Positions 28,033 to 38,306 of a stretch of 64,000 bases of DNA are shown one piece after another. Each line of letters begins with the position of its first letter. Within the stretch, counting starts at the first letter, position 1. Below the pieces are notes generated by a model, which worked only from the letters and a program-made list of their open reading frames with translations, had not been told where the DNA came from and made no database searches. The position numbers and the translations under genes are program-made. The stretch lies in NCBI GenBank assembly GCA_964462795.1, contig CAYWZG010000001.1, positions 3,197-67,196 on the forward strand, read 5' to 3'. The DNA is from an uncultured Methanotrichaceae archaeon. Lineage in GTDB: Archaea; Halobacteriota; Methanosarcinia; Methanotrichales; Methanotrichaceae.

Positions 28033-31000
28033 ATGGCAACCCACTCGACCTGTGATGTCTCAAAGACTTGGACAATCCTTGCATTGTCGGTCCTTTTAGC
28101 ACCGGTCTTTTGTCTGCAAGTTTTGGCCTTTGAGGATCCGATATACTCTGGAGACATCTGTACTTTTGAGCCGGTTGACTCGTCAGCGAACTGGACCTAC
28201 AGCTGGAACGCCTCGGATGGCCACCCCTCCAGTTCAGACTCGAGAGTTTTTGAGTGGACCGCCCCAATGGTTTTCTACACGTCCAAGTCAATTCTCATCA
28301 CCCTTATAGTCTCTAACAGTTATTGTCCCAGCACAGATGAGATGGCGGTGACGGTACACCCAAAGCCCGGCCTTGAGGTACGCAAATGGCTTGAATCGCC
28401 AGATAGCGTGCCAAAGGTGGGTGACGTTCTATCCTACAAGATCAAGATAATCAATGTCGGCCAGACAAAAGTCGTGTCGATCCCTCTGGTCGATGACTAT
28501 CCCGAGGACGTGATGATCCCCCTTGGTTCAGATATTCCATGGGACGAAGATGACGGAACGAAACTTCGTTGGAACAATCTCGTAGATGACCCCCTCGATC
28601 TGGGCGAAGCTGTGGTCATTTCAGCGGACTTTCGTGTCATCTCTTCAAGCTCTGAGGCGGTGGTCAATTTCGCCAGGATCGAGGATGCAAAGGACGATAT
28701 TGGAAATTCGATTTCACCCATTTTTGACGAAGAAACAGTCGAGAAAGTAGACGTATTTGATGACCTTGGGCCGGATCGAACCTGTGAATACGCCACCATC
28801 CACTTCTTTGCGGCATCGAGGGTCGAAAGTTGCAAGTGGAATGCGTTCGACTTGACCGGTTCAGAGGTTGGAGGCTTTAACGATACCAGAACATCCAAGG
28901 TCGAGTGGACTCCAACCGACTCTGGTGAGTATAACATCACAGTCCTGATGAGCGATCACGATTGGACCTTGCTACGTCATCAGACCGTTTCGGTTTCGCC
29001 TCGGCCCAATTGCACCATAGTTGGAGAAAATGTAGTCTGTAACGACACTTGGACCACTTTTCACGCAATTGTAGATCCAGATTGTTCTTATCGGTGGGAC
29101 GCCTCGGCCGGGTCCTTTCGGGCAGACGATTTGCCATCTGTAGAGTGGCGATCTCCAGAAGTTCCAGGCGAGTACCAGATCAACTTGACCGTTGTTTCAA
29201 AGGGGGGTTGCTCCTGTAGCGGCACTCATAGAGTTGAAGTTGAACCGTGTGCGTCCAAGATCAGTCTTGTAAAGGACTGCATATATGAAGATCCCACAAG
29301 GGTGGGTGACACTGTAGTTTATACTTACTCGGTGACAAACGCTGGAGATCTCTCACTTGGGTCAGTCAACCTCACAGACGTCCAGGAGTGGGGTCCTGGC
29401 TGCGATCCCCGTTATGTAGGTGGCGATTCTAACGAAGACGATCTTCTTGATCCTGATGAATCCTGGAGGTACGAATGCCTTTACGTCGTGCCAAACCCCG
29501 CCGATTATGAGATTCTATCCATAATGTCCACAGCTAACCCTCTGGCAAGGCAGATCCAAAGGTTGAGCAGGACGACCTCGAGGCTCAAGATCAAGATAGC
29601 TAATTTGATCGACGCACGAGAAAGGTTTGACTTTCCCAGGGCCGAACTTGAAATGTCGCAACAAATTGTCCTTGGCAAGCGTGTTACGTTTTACAACTAC
29701 ACTAACTCTTACTCTAACGAGCGCCTGAGTTTGATGAAGGACGAGCACGATATTATCATCAAATCCGAATATTATAATCCCATATCTGACACCGTCTTGA
29801 CATCCGTTTATGCACCTTCGGGCGAATCTGTATCAGATTTATATATATCGAAGCAGACGAAAGAAAGCCTGCGCCTCGAATACGACAAGCCCATGCCAGG
29901 ATACTGCACCTACACCATCATCGATTATGGTACTGGGGACTCTCTTATTTCCATCGTTGATGCCACCGGCGCGACCATCGAGCGAAATTACAGAAGAGTC
30001 CCTGGATACCTGGTTTACGAAAAGGAGATCTGGCTCCACAATACCGCCACCGTCACAGCTCAGGATCTTCGCGGAAAAACGGTCTTGGATTGGGATGTCT
30101 ACTCGCTAAAAGTCGAGCCGCCTCTGCCAATCCTCAAAATAACGAAGATTGCAGATCCCGATCCGGTAAATCCTGGGGAACTTCTCACTTACACAATCGA
30201 GTATTCAAACCAGGGGATGGTCGAGGCTCACGACGTGGTGATTGTGGAAACTTATGACGAGAACGTGAGCTTCGTCTCTTCGAGTTCAGAACCAGATTTC
30301 ATCTCAGGATCTGAGCGCAACAGATGGTCTCTTGGCGACTTGATGCAAGGAGCTTTTGGGACCATAACGATAGATGTTCTGGTCGATCCCGGTCTTGAAA
30401 CGGGACATGTGTTGGAAAATCTGGTCAACATCTCGTGCAGTGAGAACGTGACCGAAAACGCCAGCGTCATAACTCGCATCCTTGCACCCAATATCAAGAT
30501 CTGGAAAGAAGATTCGCCAGATCCCGTAGATGTTGGGTCTTTGCTGAACTACACCATCATATATGAAAACCTTGGAGATGCTGCGGCTCACAATGTCGAG
30601 ATCAAAGAGAGTTACGATGCGAACGTGAGCTTTGTCGCCTCAAATCCAGAACCCGATGAGGGAACAAACGATCACTGGACCCTCGGAAACTTATCCTCTA
30701 AAGAGAAAGGCACAGTCTTCATCACAGTTCAGGTTCGTCCTCAGACGGGAAATGGAACTATTCTCAACAACACAGCAAGAATCACCTGCAACGAGGGTTT
30801 CTTTGAGGAAGCAAAGGCCAACACAACGGTGGGCGCGCCCATCCTCAAGGTGAAAAAGGTCGCCCCATCGGATTTGGTCCGACCGGGATCTTGGCTGAAT
30901 TACACGATAACCGTAGTCAACGAGGGGACGGCGAACGCAACAAACGTCATTGTGACCGACGTAATAGATCCGAACCTAGATTTCAATATCACGAATTCAT

Positions 31001-33966
31001 CTCCCAATTATAGTCACAACGACCGTACATACATGTGGCATTATGAGAGTTTGGGTCCTGAAGAGAGCATATCCATCAAAATAAATACCACAGTCCTCGA
31101 CAATACTTCACCCAACTCCTCAGTCATATACAACCGCTACAAGGCAAATTGCACTCAGTCAGAGGGCGTCTTCTCGACTCTGGTCACCTGGGTGATCTCT
31201 TCTCTTTGGATCGATAAGATTGCGGAAAAATCGACATACGAAACCGCTGAACAGGTAATTTATCATATAACATACGGAACCGATCTGAATCCCACGGCCT
31301 CGAACGTTACCATTGTGGACCACTTTCCACAGGATCTGGTCTATGTGAGTGCCACTCCCTCGCCGGACACCATCCGCGACGGCGTTTTGATCTGGAACAT
31401 GGGGCCGCTAGAAGAAAATCAGACCGGATCGATCGAATTATTGTTTGACATTCTGAAACGGCCTGATGTTCGATTCGAGGAAACGTCATCTATTTCTGGT
31501 GAGGGTTTTGTATCACTGCGAAAACACTTATCAACCACTCGAGATTCCTACAAACTGATAAATCGAGTCAACATCACAGGTTGTTACACTGGAACTAACA
31601 ACTCCTTAACGTCTCACGAGGATTCTGCGAGCATCACGGTAACTGACATGGCAGGGGCCACGATTTCGACCCTTGAACATGGAAGCGGGTATTACGAAGA
31701 AGAGGTCTTATCCAAGCTCAACACCACAAACGGAAGCATACAGATGGATAAGCAGGTCTTTGCTAGCCATAAACCTACGAGCTTTTCGTTGCCCGGAACG
31801 GACGTGAGCTATGACTCTCTTTGGACTGACTGGACCTGTGCAAAGAACCTTTTTCAAGGAGAGTCCGTCGCCGAAAGTTACCGCTACATGGAATTCATCG
31901 AGAAGAACAGTTCTTTTCTGGTGGACGAAAACGAGACAGCTTACGCGTCTGACGCCGAGTTTAGCGGTGGGATCGCCCAGATCGGGTACCTAAAGCGTGA
32001 TCAGACGAGCGGAAAGACCGTGGTTGAACTGAGCGATCGATATCATGGCGACTTCAGGGCAGAAACCCATATCGAAAGCGGGGGATCCTCAGAAAAGTCC
32101 GTGAAAGGTATCGGTTTTGTGGCGTCTGACAAACGAGTCGATGACAAGGTTGGATCTTTTGAACATGGAAGTGGCTATTACGAATCTGAGGAGAAGGTCT
32201 CGTCCAGCACGATCCAAAAAGATGTCAGCATGGCTCACATCCCAGAAGAGGTACGCCTTGGAAGCTTTGGAGTCAACTATTCATCAAGGTGGGGAGAAGG
32301 GATCTGGGCAAAGGACAAAGATTCATCGATAGGTGAAAGGATAAGCTTTGCAACTCGGATTGATAAAGAAAGCGAGATCACACCTGGCTCGATGGCGCTA
32401 TTTGGCGATTTTGAAGGATATGGAGAAATCTTGGCAGTTTCGAAATATCCGGACGGGGAACGAGCGAGGGTCGACCAGGTGTTCCATGGGGATTATACCA
32501 TTGCCACTTCGGTTGCCATATATAAAACGCCGAAATATCTGGAACCTCACATCAACCTGACCAAGACCGTATCAAGAGAGGACGAAACGATCAAGTTCAA
32601 CATAAACGTGACCAACGATGGGAACAAACCGTTGGGACCGATCAACCTTTCTGACCACTTGCCAGAAGGCATGACATTTATCAAGTCGAACCCAAAGCCC
32701 GAAGTCGTGGGCGAGGTCGTCATATGGACGATTTCCTCAATACCGATAGGCGGGATGCAGACGGTAGAGCTTTGGGCCAGTGAGACCGACTCGAAAGGCA
32801 CTTTGACGAATAAGGCGAACGCAACCGCATATTATGATGGCGGAGTGGTTACTGCGGATTGTTCTTGTAAGTTTGATTCTGCCAACTGGCTTTCGATCCC
32901 CACTATAACTATGGCAAATGTTAGTGGAGCTGAAAGTCCCTCCGATGAAACAACATCAGATTCTGCAAAAATTTCGGCGAGGACAAGGCCGGTATTGCTG
33001 AACTTGATGATAGATGCTGAACTTTATCCCGTGGCTGCCAACGAGACCATCGAAGATAGTATCGAGATCGAAGCAGTCTCACTCATAGATATGCTAAACG
33101 AGATCGATCCAGAAGAGCTGAACGTCACAATTTATTCTACAAGCGATTTCGTCTCAGCAAGAAGCGCAAACGCATCTTACAAGCTCTATGCAACCAGGAT
33201 AGGTGCCAAAGATAACCACGAGATGGCATTCCATGGAATGACCACTGACGAGCTTCTCGGAACTATGACCTATGGTGTGCAGTATCCGCTCCTCATAAAA
33301 GCAAAACGGCTCGTCGAAGAGGCCTACATATGCGAGGGCAGGAAGATAGAAGCAAAGGGCTTTAGGCCTCAGCAGTTCAATCAGAGTGAGACCACCTACA
33401 AGATCCTGGACAAGATGGGCTTTGAATATGATTCAGGGTATCTAGCAGGTCTGATCTACCTTCCAGATCATGAGAACGATACCTGGCCCTACCCGGCAGA
33501 AGGGCACCGTTTCTATGCAGTTCCGGTGAGCACACATCTGTTTTCAGGTGAGCTTGTACCCTTATCTGATAGGTTCGCAAAAGAGGAGCTTGGCCTTACA
33601 GGATCTCAGTGGTACGACCTTCTCATCGCCGAGTTTGAGGAATGTTCCAAAGAAGGCGACCCCATGGTGGTTATATTCCACAATTTCGTATACGGAACCG
33701 ACGAAGAGTATCAAAAGGCTTATACAGGTTTCGTAGAGTACGCCATCTCAAAAAGGGCGGATTTCATTTCAACCATGGAGCTGGTCGAGATCGCGAAAGA
33801 TCCTTCAAAAGCCGGATATCTTTCAATCACGGATTTCGATGACGAAGAGCAGATCCATCAAACTCTTCATGATTACGGAGCGTGGAAGCCTCCCGAATGG
33901 AACATGACCTGCGAGGAGATGGGTTGTTATGATGGCATCTGCGAGTACTACGACAACCTGGAATAA
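28033..33966 (+). CDS. Giant secreted adhesin-like protein (1977 aa) with at least 7 DUF11-type repeats, PKD-like domains and a C-terminal polysaccharide-deacetylase-like domain
   Basis: Signal peptide. DUF11-type repeats such as ITKIADPDPVNPGELLTYTIEYSNQG...RWSLGDL. The C-terminal about 300 aa carry HEMAFHG, KGFRPQQF...GFEYDSGY and VVIFHNF, which fit the deacetylase pattern. Confidence 0.85.
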   Translation: MATHSTCDVSKTWTILALSVLLAPVFCLQVLAFEDPIYSGDICTFEPVDSSANWTYSWNASDGHPSSSDSRVFEWTAPMVFYTSKSILITLIVSNSYCPSTDEMAVTVHPKPGLEVRKWLESPDSVPKVGDVLSYKIKIINVGQTKVVSIPLVDDYPEDVMIPLGSDIPWDEDDGTKLRWNNLVDDPLDLGEAVVISADFRVISSSSEAVVNFARIEDAKDDIGNSISPIFDEETVEKVDVFDDLGPDRTCEYATIHFFAASRVESCKWNAFDLTGSEVGGFNDTRTSKVEWTPTDSGEYNITVLMSDHDWTLLRHQTVSVSPRPNCTIVGENVVCNDTWTTFHAIVDPDCSYRWDASAGSFRADDLPSVEWRSPEVPGEYQINLTVVSKGGCSCSGTHRVEVEPCASKISLVKDCIYEDPTRVGDTVVYTYSVTNAGDLSLGSVNLTDVQEWGPGCDPRYVGGDSNEDDLLDPDESWRYECLYVVPNPADYEILSIMSTANPLARQIQRLSRTTSRLKIKIANLIDARERFDFPRAELEMSQQIVLGKRVTFYNYTNSYSNERLSLMKDEHDIIIKSEYYNPISDTVLTSVYAPSGESVSDLYISKQTKESLRLEYDKPMPGYCTYTIIDYGTGDSLISIVDATGATIERNYRRVPGYLVYEKEIWLHNTATVTAQDLRGKTVLDWDVYSLKVEPPLPILKITKIADPDPVNPGELLTYTIEYSNQGMVEAHDVVIVETYDENVSFVSSSSEPDFISGSERNRWSLGDLMQGAFGTITIDVLVDPGLETGHVLENLVNISCSENVTENASVITRILAPNIKIWKEDSPDPVDVGSLLNYTIIYENLGDAAAHNVEIKESYDANVSFVASNPEPDEGTNDHWTLGNLSSKEKGTVFITVQVRPQTGNGTILNNTARITCNEGFFEEAKANTTVGAPILKVKKVAPSDLVRPGSWLNYTITVVNEGTANATNVIVTDVIDPNLDFNITNSSPNYSHNDRTYMWHYESLGPEESISIKINTTVLDNTSPNSSVIYNRYKANCTQSEGVFSTLVTWVISSLWIDKIAEKSTYETAEQVIYHITYGTDLNPTASNVTIVDHFPQDLVYVSATPSPDTIRDGVLIWNMGPLEENQTGSIELLFDILKRPDVRFEETSSISGEGFVSLRKHLSTTRDSYKLINRVNITGCYTGTNNSLTSHEDSASITVTDMAGATISTLEHGSGYYEEEVLSKLNTTNGSIQMDKQVFASHKPTSFSLPGTDVSYDSLWTDWTCAKNLFQGESVAESYRYMEFIEKNSSFLVDENETAYASDAEFSGGIAQIGYLKRDQTSGKTVVELSDRYHGDFRAETHIESGGSSEKSVKGIGFVASDKRVDDKVGSFEHGSGYYESEEKVSSSTIQKDVSMAHIPEEVRLGSFGVNYSSRWGEGIWAKDKDSSIGERISFATRIDKESEITPGSMALFGDFEGYGEILAVSKYPDGERARVDQVFHGDYTIATSVAIYKTPKYLEPHINLTKTVSREDETIKFNINVTNDGNKPLGPINLSDHLPEGMTFIKSNPKPEVVGEVVIWTISSIPIGGMQTVELWASETDSKGTLTNKANATAYYDGGVVTADCSCKFDSANWLSIPTITMANVSGAESPSDETTSDSAKISARTRPVLLNLMIDAELYPVAANETIEDSIEIEAVSLIDMLNEIDPEELNVTIYSTSDFVSARSANASYKLYATRIGAKDNHEMAFHGMTTDELLGTMTYGVQYPLLIKAKRLVEEAYICEGRKIEAKGFRPQQFNQSETTYKILDKMGFEYDSGYLAGLIYLPDHENDTWPYPAEGHRFYAVPVSTHLFSGELVPLSDRFAKEELGLTGSQWYDLLIAEFEECSKEGDPMVVIFHNFVYGTDEEYQKAYTGFVEYAISKRADFISTMELVEIAKDPSKAGYLSITDFDDEEQIHQTLHDYGAWKPPEWNMTCEEMGCYDGICEYYDNLE

Positions 33967-33983
33967 TCTCACTTGTCAACAGA

Positions 33984-34111
33984 TATAGCGCTTAACGATA
34001 CCTTTCGGACAAATCTCTAACTCGTGATAGTTTGAGATTTGTCCCATTCGTATCGTTAAGCACTAATCTTTCGAGAACCGATTAGTCTCATCTGATCGGT
34101 TCTTGACTATA
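33984..34111 (+). repeat. Intergenic repeat, full copy (A+B)
   Basis: TATAGCGCTTAACGATACCTTTCGGACAAATCTCTAACTCGTGATAGTTTGAGATTT...GTATCGTTAAGCACTAATCTTTCGAGAACCGATTAG...GATCGGTTCTTGACTATA. It begins 18 nt after the giant gene's stop. Confidence 0.9.
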
Positions 34112-34169
34112 ATCAACAAACACAAATCACGTCACAACTCTTACATATTATGGAAACTTACCTTTCCAT

Positions 34170-34532
34170 GTGTCCAGGTCTGGTGCTCTCAAGCCTTTGA
34201 ACCAAGAGGTGCAGAAACGCTTACAGGAATCGCTATCAGAACGAGATCAGATAATCTACCTCGTCCTTCAGGATTCTGGTCTTCCCATAGTCGATTTCTT
34301 GGAGGCAAAGGTCACCGACTTGGATTTGGAGATGGGCATTCTTCGCCTCAAATCGAAAGAAGTCACTCTCACTTCGGCGACCACAACAGAGCTTAAAAGG
34401 CTTTTGAACCAGTTTTCAGGCCGAGTCTACCTCTTCGAGGGCAGATGCGGAAAGCCGGTGACGCCCAAGTGGATCCGTTGCGTTTTGGAGCCATCGGCCC
34501 GCAAACTGGGGGCAGGCGAGATCATCATTTGA
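34170..34532 (+). pseudogene. Tyrosine-recombinase (integrase)-like remnant, truncated and degenerate
   Basis: The spacing pattern LSERDQIIYLVLQDSGLPIVDFLEAKVTDLDLEMGILRL...VYLFEGRCGKPVTPKWI resembles the first half of a Xer/phage-integrase catalytic domain, but the GLR arginine is Pro. The HxxR and Tyr regions are missing. A shifted frame just downstream reads GPHNCTTHL. Confidence 0.4.
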
Positions 34533-34625
34533 TAAAGGATCTGATGGAGCCAGGACCGCACAACTGCACAACTCATCTTCCCAGATCGAAAGTTTGATCT
34601 TCTGCCCTGCATCGTAAAACAAATT

Positions 34626-35735
34626 GTGTATTCTGCAGTGGTGGTGGGCGCAGGACCTGCTGGAAGTTCTGCAGCCCGGTTTTTATCCAAGATGGGGCAC
34701 GAAGTTCTCATCGTTGACAGAAAAGAAGTGGTGGGTGAGCCAAAGCAGTGCGCAGAGGGTCTCTTCACGGACTGTTTTTCCGAGTTTTCAATGGAGCCTG
34801 CCGACTTTGTCACGGGCATGGCCCGTTACCTTGAGATCGTCTTTCCGAACGGGACTCGTTACCGCGTCAAAGATGACGTCTGCATGTTAGATCGGCCTAA
34901 GTTTGACCAGCATCTTTTGAAGCTGGCCGAAAGGTCCGGGGCCGATCTGATGCTTGGAAGGAAGGTCAAACGGATCGATCCCGTTTCTGGTAAGGTCTGC
35001 TTTGAAGATGGAAAAGTGATCGACACCAGAGTGATAGTGGGCGCGGACGGTCCTGTCTCCAACGTGGCAAGGTCAATTGGGATCAAAAATCAGCTCATAC
35101 CAGGGGCGCAGGTGGTGATTGATTGGCCCAAGGACGATGCGATTTACGCTTATCTCGACAAAGATATCAGTCCCTACTCGTCCTGGATATTTCCTAAAGT
35201 TGAAACTGGCACCGCCAACGTGGGCTGTTTTGGGACGCCTTCACAGCTTCGTCGGTTCATCGAGAAGTATGAGATTAAAGGTGAAGTTCTGGAGAAGAAC
35301 GGGGGTGCAATACCCCTTGGCGTTGCATCCAAGCTCCAGGAAGGGTGCGCCGTCCTGATCGGAGATGCGGGCGGGCTTACCAACCCGTTCACGGGAGGCG
35401 GCCTTTATCCTGCTGCAAGATCTGCACATATAGCAGCAAAAGCCATCGATTCCTATCTTGGGGGCGGACGGCTCGATTACGAATCTCGGGTGAGACGGGA
35501 TTTGATCGCAAGCCAGGTCCATTTGAGAGCAAGAGATCTTCTGGCTAGCCTCTCCAACGAGGAGTTGAACCGACTGGGTAACGCCATGAACGGGCTCGTC
35601 TTTCCAGGTGTCAAGTTCAGCTCCAGCCCCTGGCTCATATGGCGAGCGCTTCTCCACCCCAAGATCGTCAAGATGAAGTACCGGCCACTTCTGGAGGTGT
35701 TGCTCCGATACTGCTTTGCCGGAAAAGTTTGGTAG
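34626..35735 (+). CDS. Geranylgeranyl-reductase-family FAD-dependent oxidoreductase
   Basis: VVVGAGPAGSSAARFLSKMGHEVLIVDRKE dinucleotide fold. GDAGGLTNPFTGGG motif. GTG start. Confidence 0.8.
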   Translation: MYSAVVVGAGPAGSSAARFLSKMGHEVLIVDRKEVVGEPKQCAEGLFTDCFSEFSMEPADFVTGMARYLEIVFPNGTRYRVKDDVCMLDRPKFDQHLLKLAERSGADLMLGRKVKRIDPVSGKVCFEDGKVIDTRVIVGADGPVSNVARSIGIKNQLIPGAQVVIDWPKDDAIYAYLDKDISPYSSWIFPKVETGTANVGCFGTPSQLRRFIEKYEIKGEVLEKNGGAIPLGVASKLQEGCAVLIGDAGGLTNPFTGGGLYPAARSAHIAAKAIDSYLGGGRLDYESRVRRDLIASQVHLRARDLLASLSNEELNRLGNAMNGLVFPGVKFSSSPWLIWRALLHPKIVKMKYRPLLEVLLRYCFAGKVW

Positions 35736-35780
35736 CAACTTAGGTAGCAACTTATCCTTGAGAATAAGAGAATGGATCGA

Positions 35781-35823
35781 TGGCGAGGGGCCAGTTAGGT
35801 TCCTTCAATTGGTTCTCGACTAT
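35781..35823 (+). repeat. Solitary, degenerate module B of the intergenic repeat
   Basis: GGCGAGGGGCCAGTTAGGTTCCTTCAATTGGTTCTCGACTAT aligns with the reverse complement of 59544-59590 (module B of the 59544 copy). Confidence 0.6.
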
Positions 35824-36400
35824 CCCTCCCGCTTGATTGTTCGCAAGGTTGCGGCCACGATTATCTCGCATCAGGGACCCCGCCTGCAAGGCTGCGCTGC
35901 TTGCACCCTAATCTGGCTCAGACACCTCCTTTTGATCTGCCCCATTTTCAGATCCACATTATGAAAGACTGGTCGCGAGATCGAAATCTTCCAGCATCAC
36001 CACGACCATTGAGGTCGCCAGCCGGATCGACTCGCCTTACTGCTGGCTCGGATGGTGATCAGTGGCGTCTCGTCAGAAGAAGAATACGTAAGCGAGCAAC
36101 AATACCACGATCTCCACGAAAAGGATGGCAGAGAGGACGGTGTACCTTCTATGTAGATGTGGACTCTGGCGGAAAGCCTCTCGCAGGGCCTCGTTTCGCT
36201 TCATTCCCTCATTGGTAATATACAAATAATATATAAACGTTGCTGAGTGGTTTTGGCCCATCCATGAATCTCTCGGGTGAAGCAATGACGAGATGATTGT
36301 GTCCTCCAATCAAAGATGCGTAATAAGTAACGATAATTATAGTCGAGATTTGCCCGCCGATAACTTATAACGTCACCACCTCCTGTGACCGGCAGGTGGT

Positions 36401-37684
36401 TTGGACGTGAAGTGGCTCAAGAAGATATTCGGCAAAGACGAGGGCAAAAGAAAGGCGGATGCTCCTAGCAGTATTGCTCTTTCGAATCTGGATGAGTGGC
36501 TGGAGGAAAGGGCACGCCAGCCCGAGTTTGAGGAGACTGTTCGAGACCTTTATAGGCAGGTTGACGAAGTGGCGGCTGAATTAGATCGCAACTTAAAGAC
36601 ACTCAGATCGGCAACTCCTGCCCAAGGCCCTCCTCCAAGGCTCGTCAAAGCAGGCCTTGCTTCCCGAGAGAAAGTGGGAACCCAGCTGGAGGCTCTCAGA
36701 ACAAAGCTTACTTTGCCCCAAGATCTGGGCGTTGACTCTGCAAAAGATTACCACGCTGGGATCATGAAACAGTTGGAGAACACCATGATCAAGTTTGGCA
36801 GGGCTCAGAAGTACATGGCCCACCTCTTCCCGGAAGAATCAAGAAAGGTAAACGCAAGCTTGGGCAGCATTGCCCAGATCATCTCCGAGCTGAATGACGC
36901 AGTGGAGATGCAAGAGCAAGATATGAGTGCCTTTCGAAAGGCTCGCAAGTACCTTTCCAAGCTAGAGGCCGAACGCGCCCAGATCGGGCCGATCCAGGCC
37001 GAGATTTCAAACGACGAAGACGCTCTCTTTCGACATCGGGCCGCTGCAAAAGATATCGAAACCGAAATGGAAACGTTGGCGTCTGGCACAGAAGGACAGC
37101 AAAGGGTGGAATTGAAAGAATCCTTGAAAGATGCGCGCCAGGAGCTTCTCAATATCGAGGCCGAGATGACAAGTCTTGTATCCCCCTTAAGCAAGGCTTT
37201 GGCAAGGATGGTAAAACAAGATGAAAGCGAAAGGCTCAGCCTCCAGCACCGAGAGATCTTCGAGAAGCTCACGACCTCACCTGCCGATGCATTGGACGAA
37301 GATATTTCAGGTGCACTTCTGGAGATTAAGTCGAAGCTTGGCTTATTGGGGCTCCGACCCAAGATGAAGGACAAGGTCGAAGATCACTTGGACCTATTGG
37401 TCGAAGAGCGGCCCTTAGAGACGCTTAAATCCAGTCATTCTCAGCTCGAAAAAGAGATCCAAGGCCTGGGGCAGAGTCTAGTCGAGACCGGGCGTGGAAT
37501 TAATCTCTTGGAAGAGCGGTTTGCTCGCGAGAAGGGAAAAATGGAAGGCATTGAAGCCCGATTGAGTGATAACAAAAAGAAGCTTGCTGTTCTGAAAGAT
37601 CAGGCCCAAATATGTGGAGAAGAGCTGAACGCCGCAGTCGAGGAGATCGCAGGTAAATCTCTCGATATCGACATGGGATCATAG
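36401..37684 (+). CDS. Long coiled-coil protein (427 aa), function unknown
   Basis: Heptad-rich E/K/L/R composition throughout. AGGTGG lies upstream. The start may be the TTG at 36401 or the GTG at 36407. Confidence 0.6.
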   Translation: MDVKWLKKIFGKDEGKRKADAPSSIALSNLDEWLEERARQPEFEETVRDLYRQVDEVAAELDRNLKTLRSATPAQGPPPRLVKAGLASREKVGTQLEALRTKLTLPQDLGVDSAKDYHAGIMKQLENTMIKFGRAQKYMAHLFPEESRKVNASLGSIAQIISELNDAVEMQEQDMSAFRKARKYLSKLEAERAQIGPIQAEISNDEDALFRHRAAAKDIETEMETLASGTEGQQRVELKESLKDARQELLNIEAEMTSLVSPLSKALARMVKQDESERLSLQHREIFEKLTTSPADALDEDISGALLEIKSKLGLLGLRPKMKDKVEDHLDLLVEERPLETLKSSHSQLEKEIQGLGQSLVETGRGINLLEERFAREKGKMEGIEARLSDNKKKLAVLKDQAQICGEELNAAVEEIAGKSLDIDMGS

Positions 37685-37754
37685 GCCAAAAGTTTTGGAT
37701 AGTTTGTGATTTTTTCGGTTTGGCGAGGCGACCAGAACCGAACCCATCTTGAAC

Positions 37755-38306
37755 TTACAGCTGGACAAACCGCTTTATGATCCACCGGTTTCGAACCTCT
37801 GGATGGAAGAGTATACCGTAAATCGGCTTTTCTTGATGCTTGAAGGCCTCGATGCTGCTTCGCGTTCCTGCCACAATCAAGAATCCTTCTGGAAGGGTGA
37901 TTCCATAGTTATGGAGATGGTAGCCTTCGATCATGCGAGATTGGCCCAACAGTCCAGTCTCCGTGGTGATCTCTATTTGTTCGAGCCCGATCTTTGGTTG
38001 AGAGACTATGGCACCTCCAAAGGACGATCCTATAACCTGCATTCCTGCACATATCCCCAGAATCGGGACCTTGCATTCCCTGATCCACGAGAAGGATTCG
38101 ATATTCTTTGCGTAGATGTTGTCTTTGAGGGCGGTTCCGCATAATATGACCTTCTCACATCCCTTTATCTCATCGCCCTTAACTTCCGAGAAGTGCAGTA
38201 CCTTTGAGAGTGATCCAGCTCGCCTAACGCAATCTCTAATCGGATCCACGAACTCAGATCTGGAAAGAGATCCCTTCTTGTAACAGAGGTCAATCAAAAG
38301 TATCAT
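37755..38306 (-). CDS. Class I glutamine amidotransferase (stand-alone, GuaA-subunit-A-like)
   Basis: Nucleophile elbow GICAGMQ and the C-terminal HPE triad element (GILFHPEV). 4-bp overlap with the upstream dph6-like gene. Confidence 0.7.
   Translation of the reverse strand: MILLIDLCYKKGSLSRSEFVDPIRDCVRRAGSLSKVLHFSEVKGDEIKGCEKVILCGTALKDNIYAKNIESFSWIRECKVPILGICAGMQVIGSSFGGAIVSQPKIGLEQIEITTETGLLGQSRMIEGYHLHNYGITLPEGFLIVAGTRSSIEAFKHQEKPIYGILFHPEVRNRWIIKRFVQL

Noticed and set aside
35241-35750. 169-aa minus-strand ORF, and the 130-aa ORF at 34427-34819
   Set aside because: Both overlap the geranylgeranyl-reductase gene, which has a clear FAD fold, or its start region. Neither has motifs.
36805-37374. 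189-aa minus-strand Ser-rich ORF
   Set aside because: It is the shadow of the coiled-coil gene. GAA/AAG-rich sense codons give a TTC/CTT-rich, stop-poor antisense frame.
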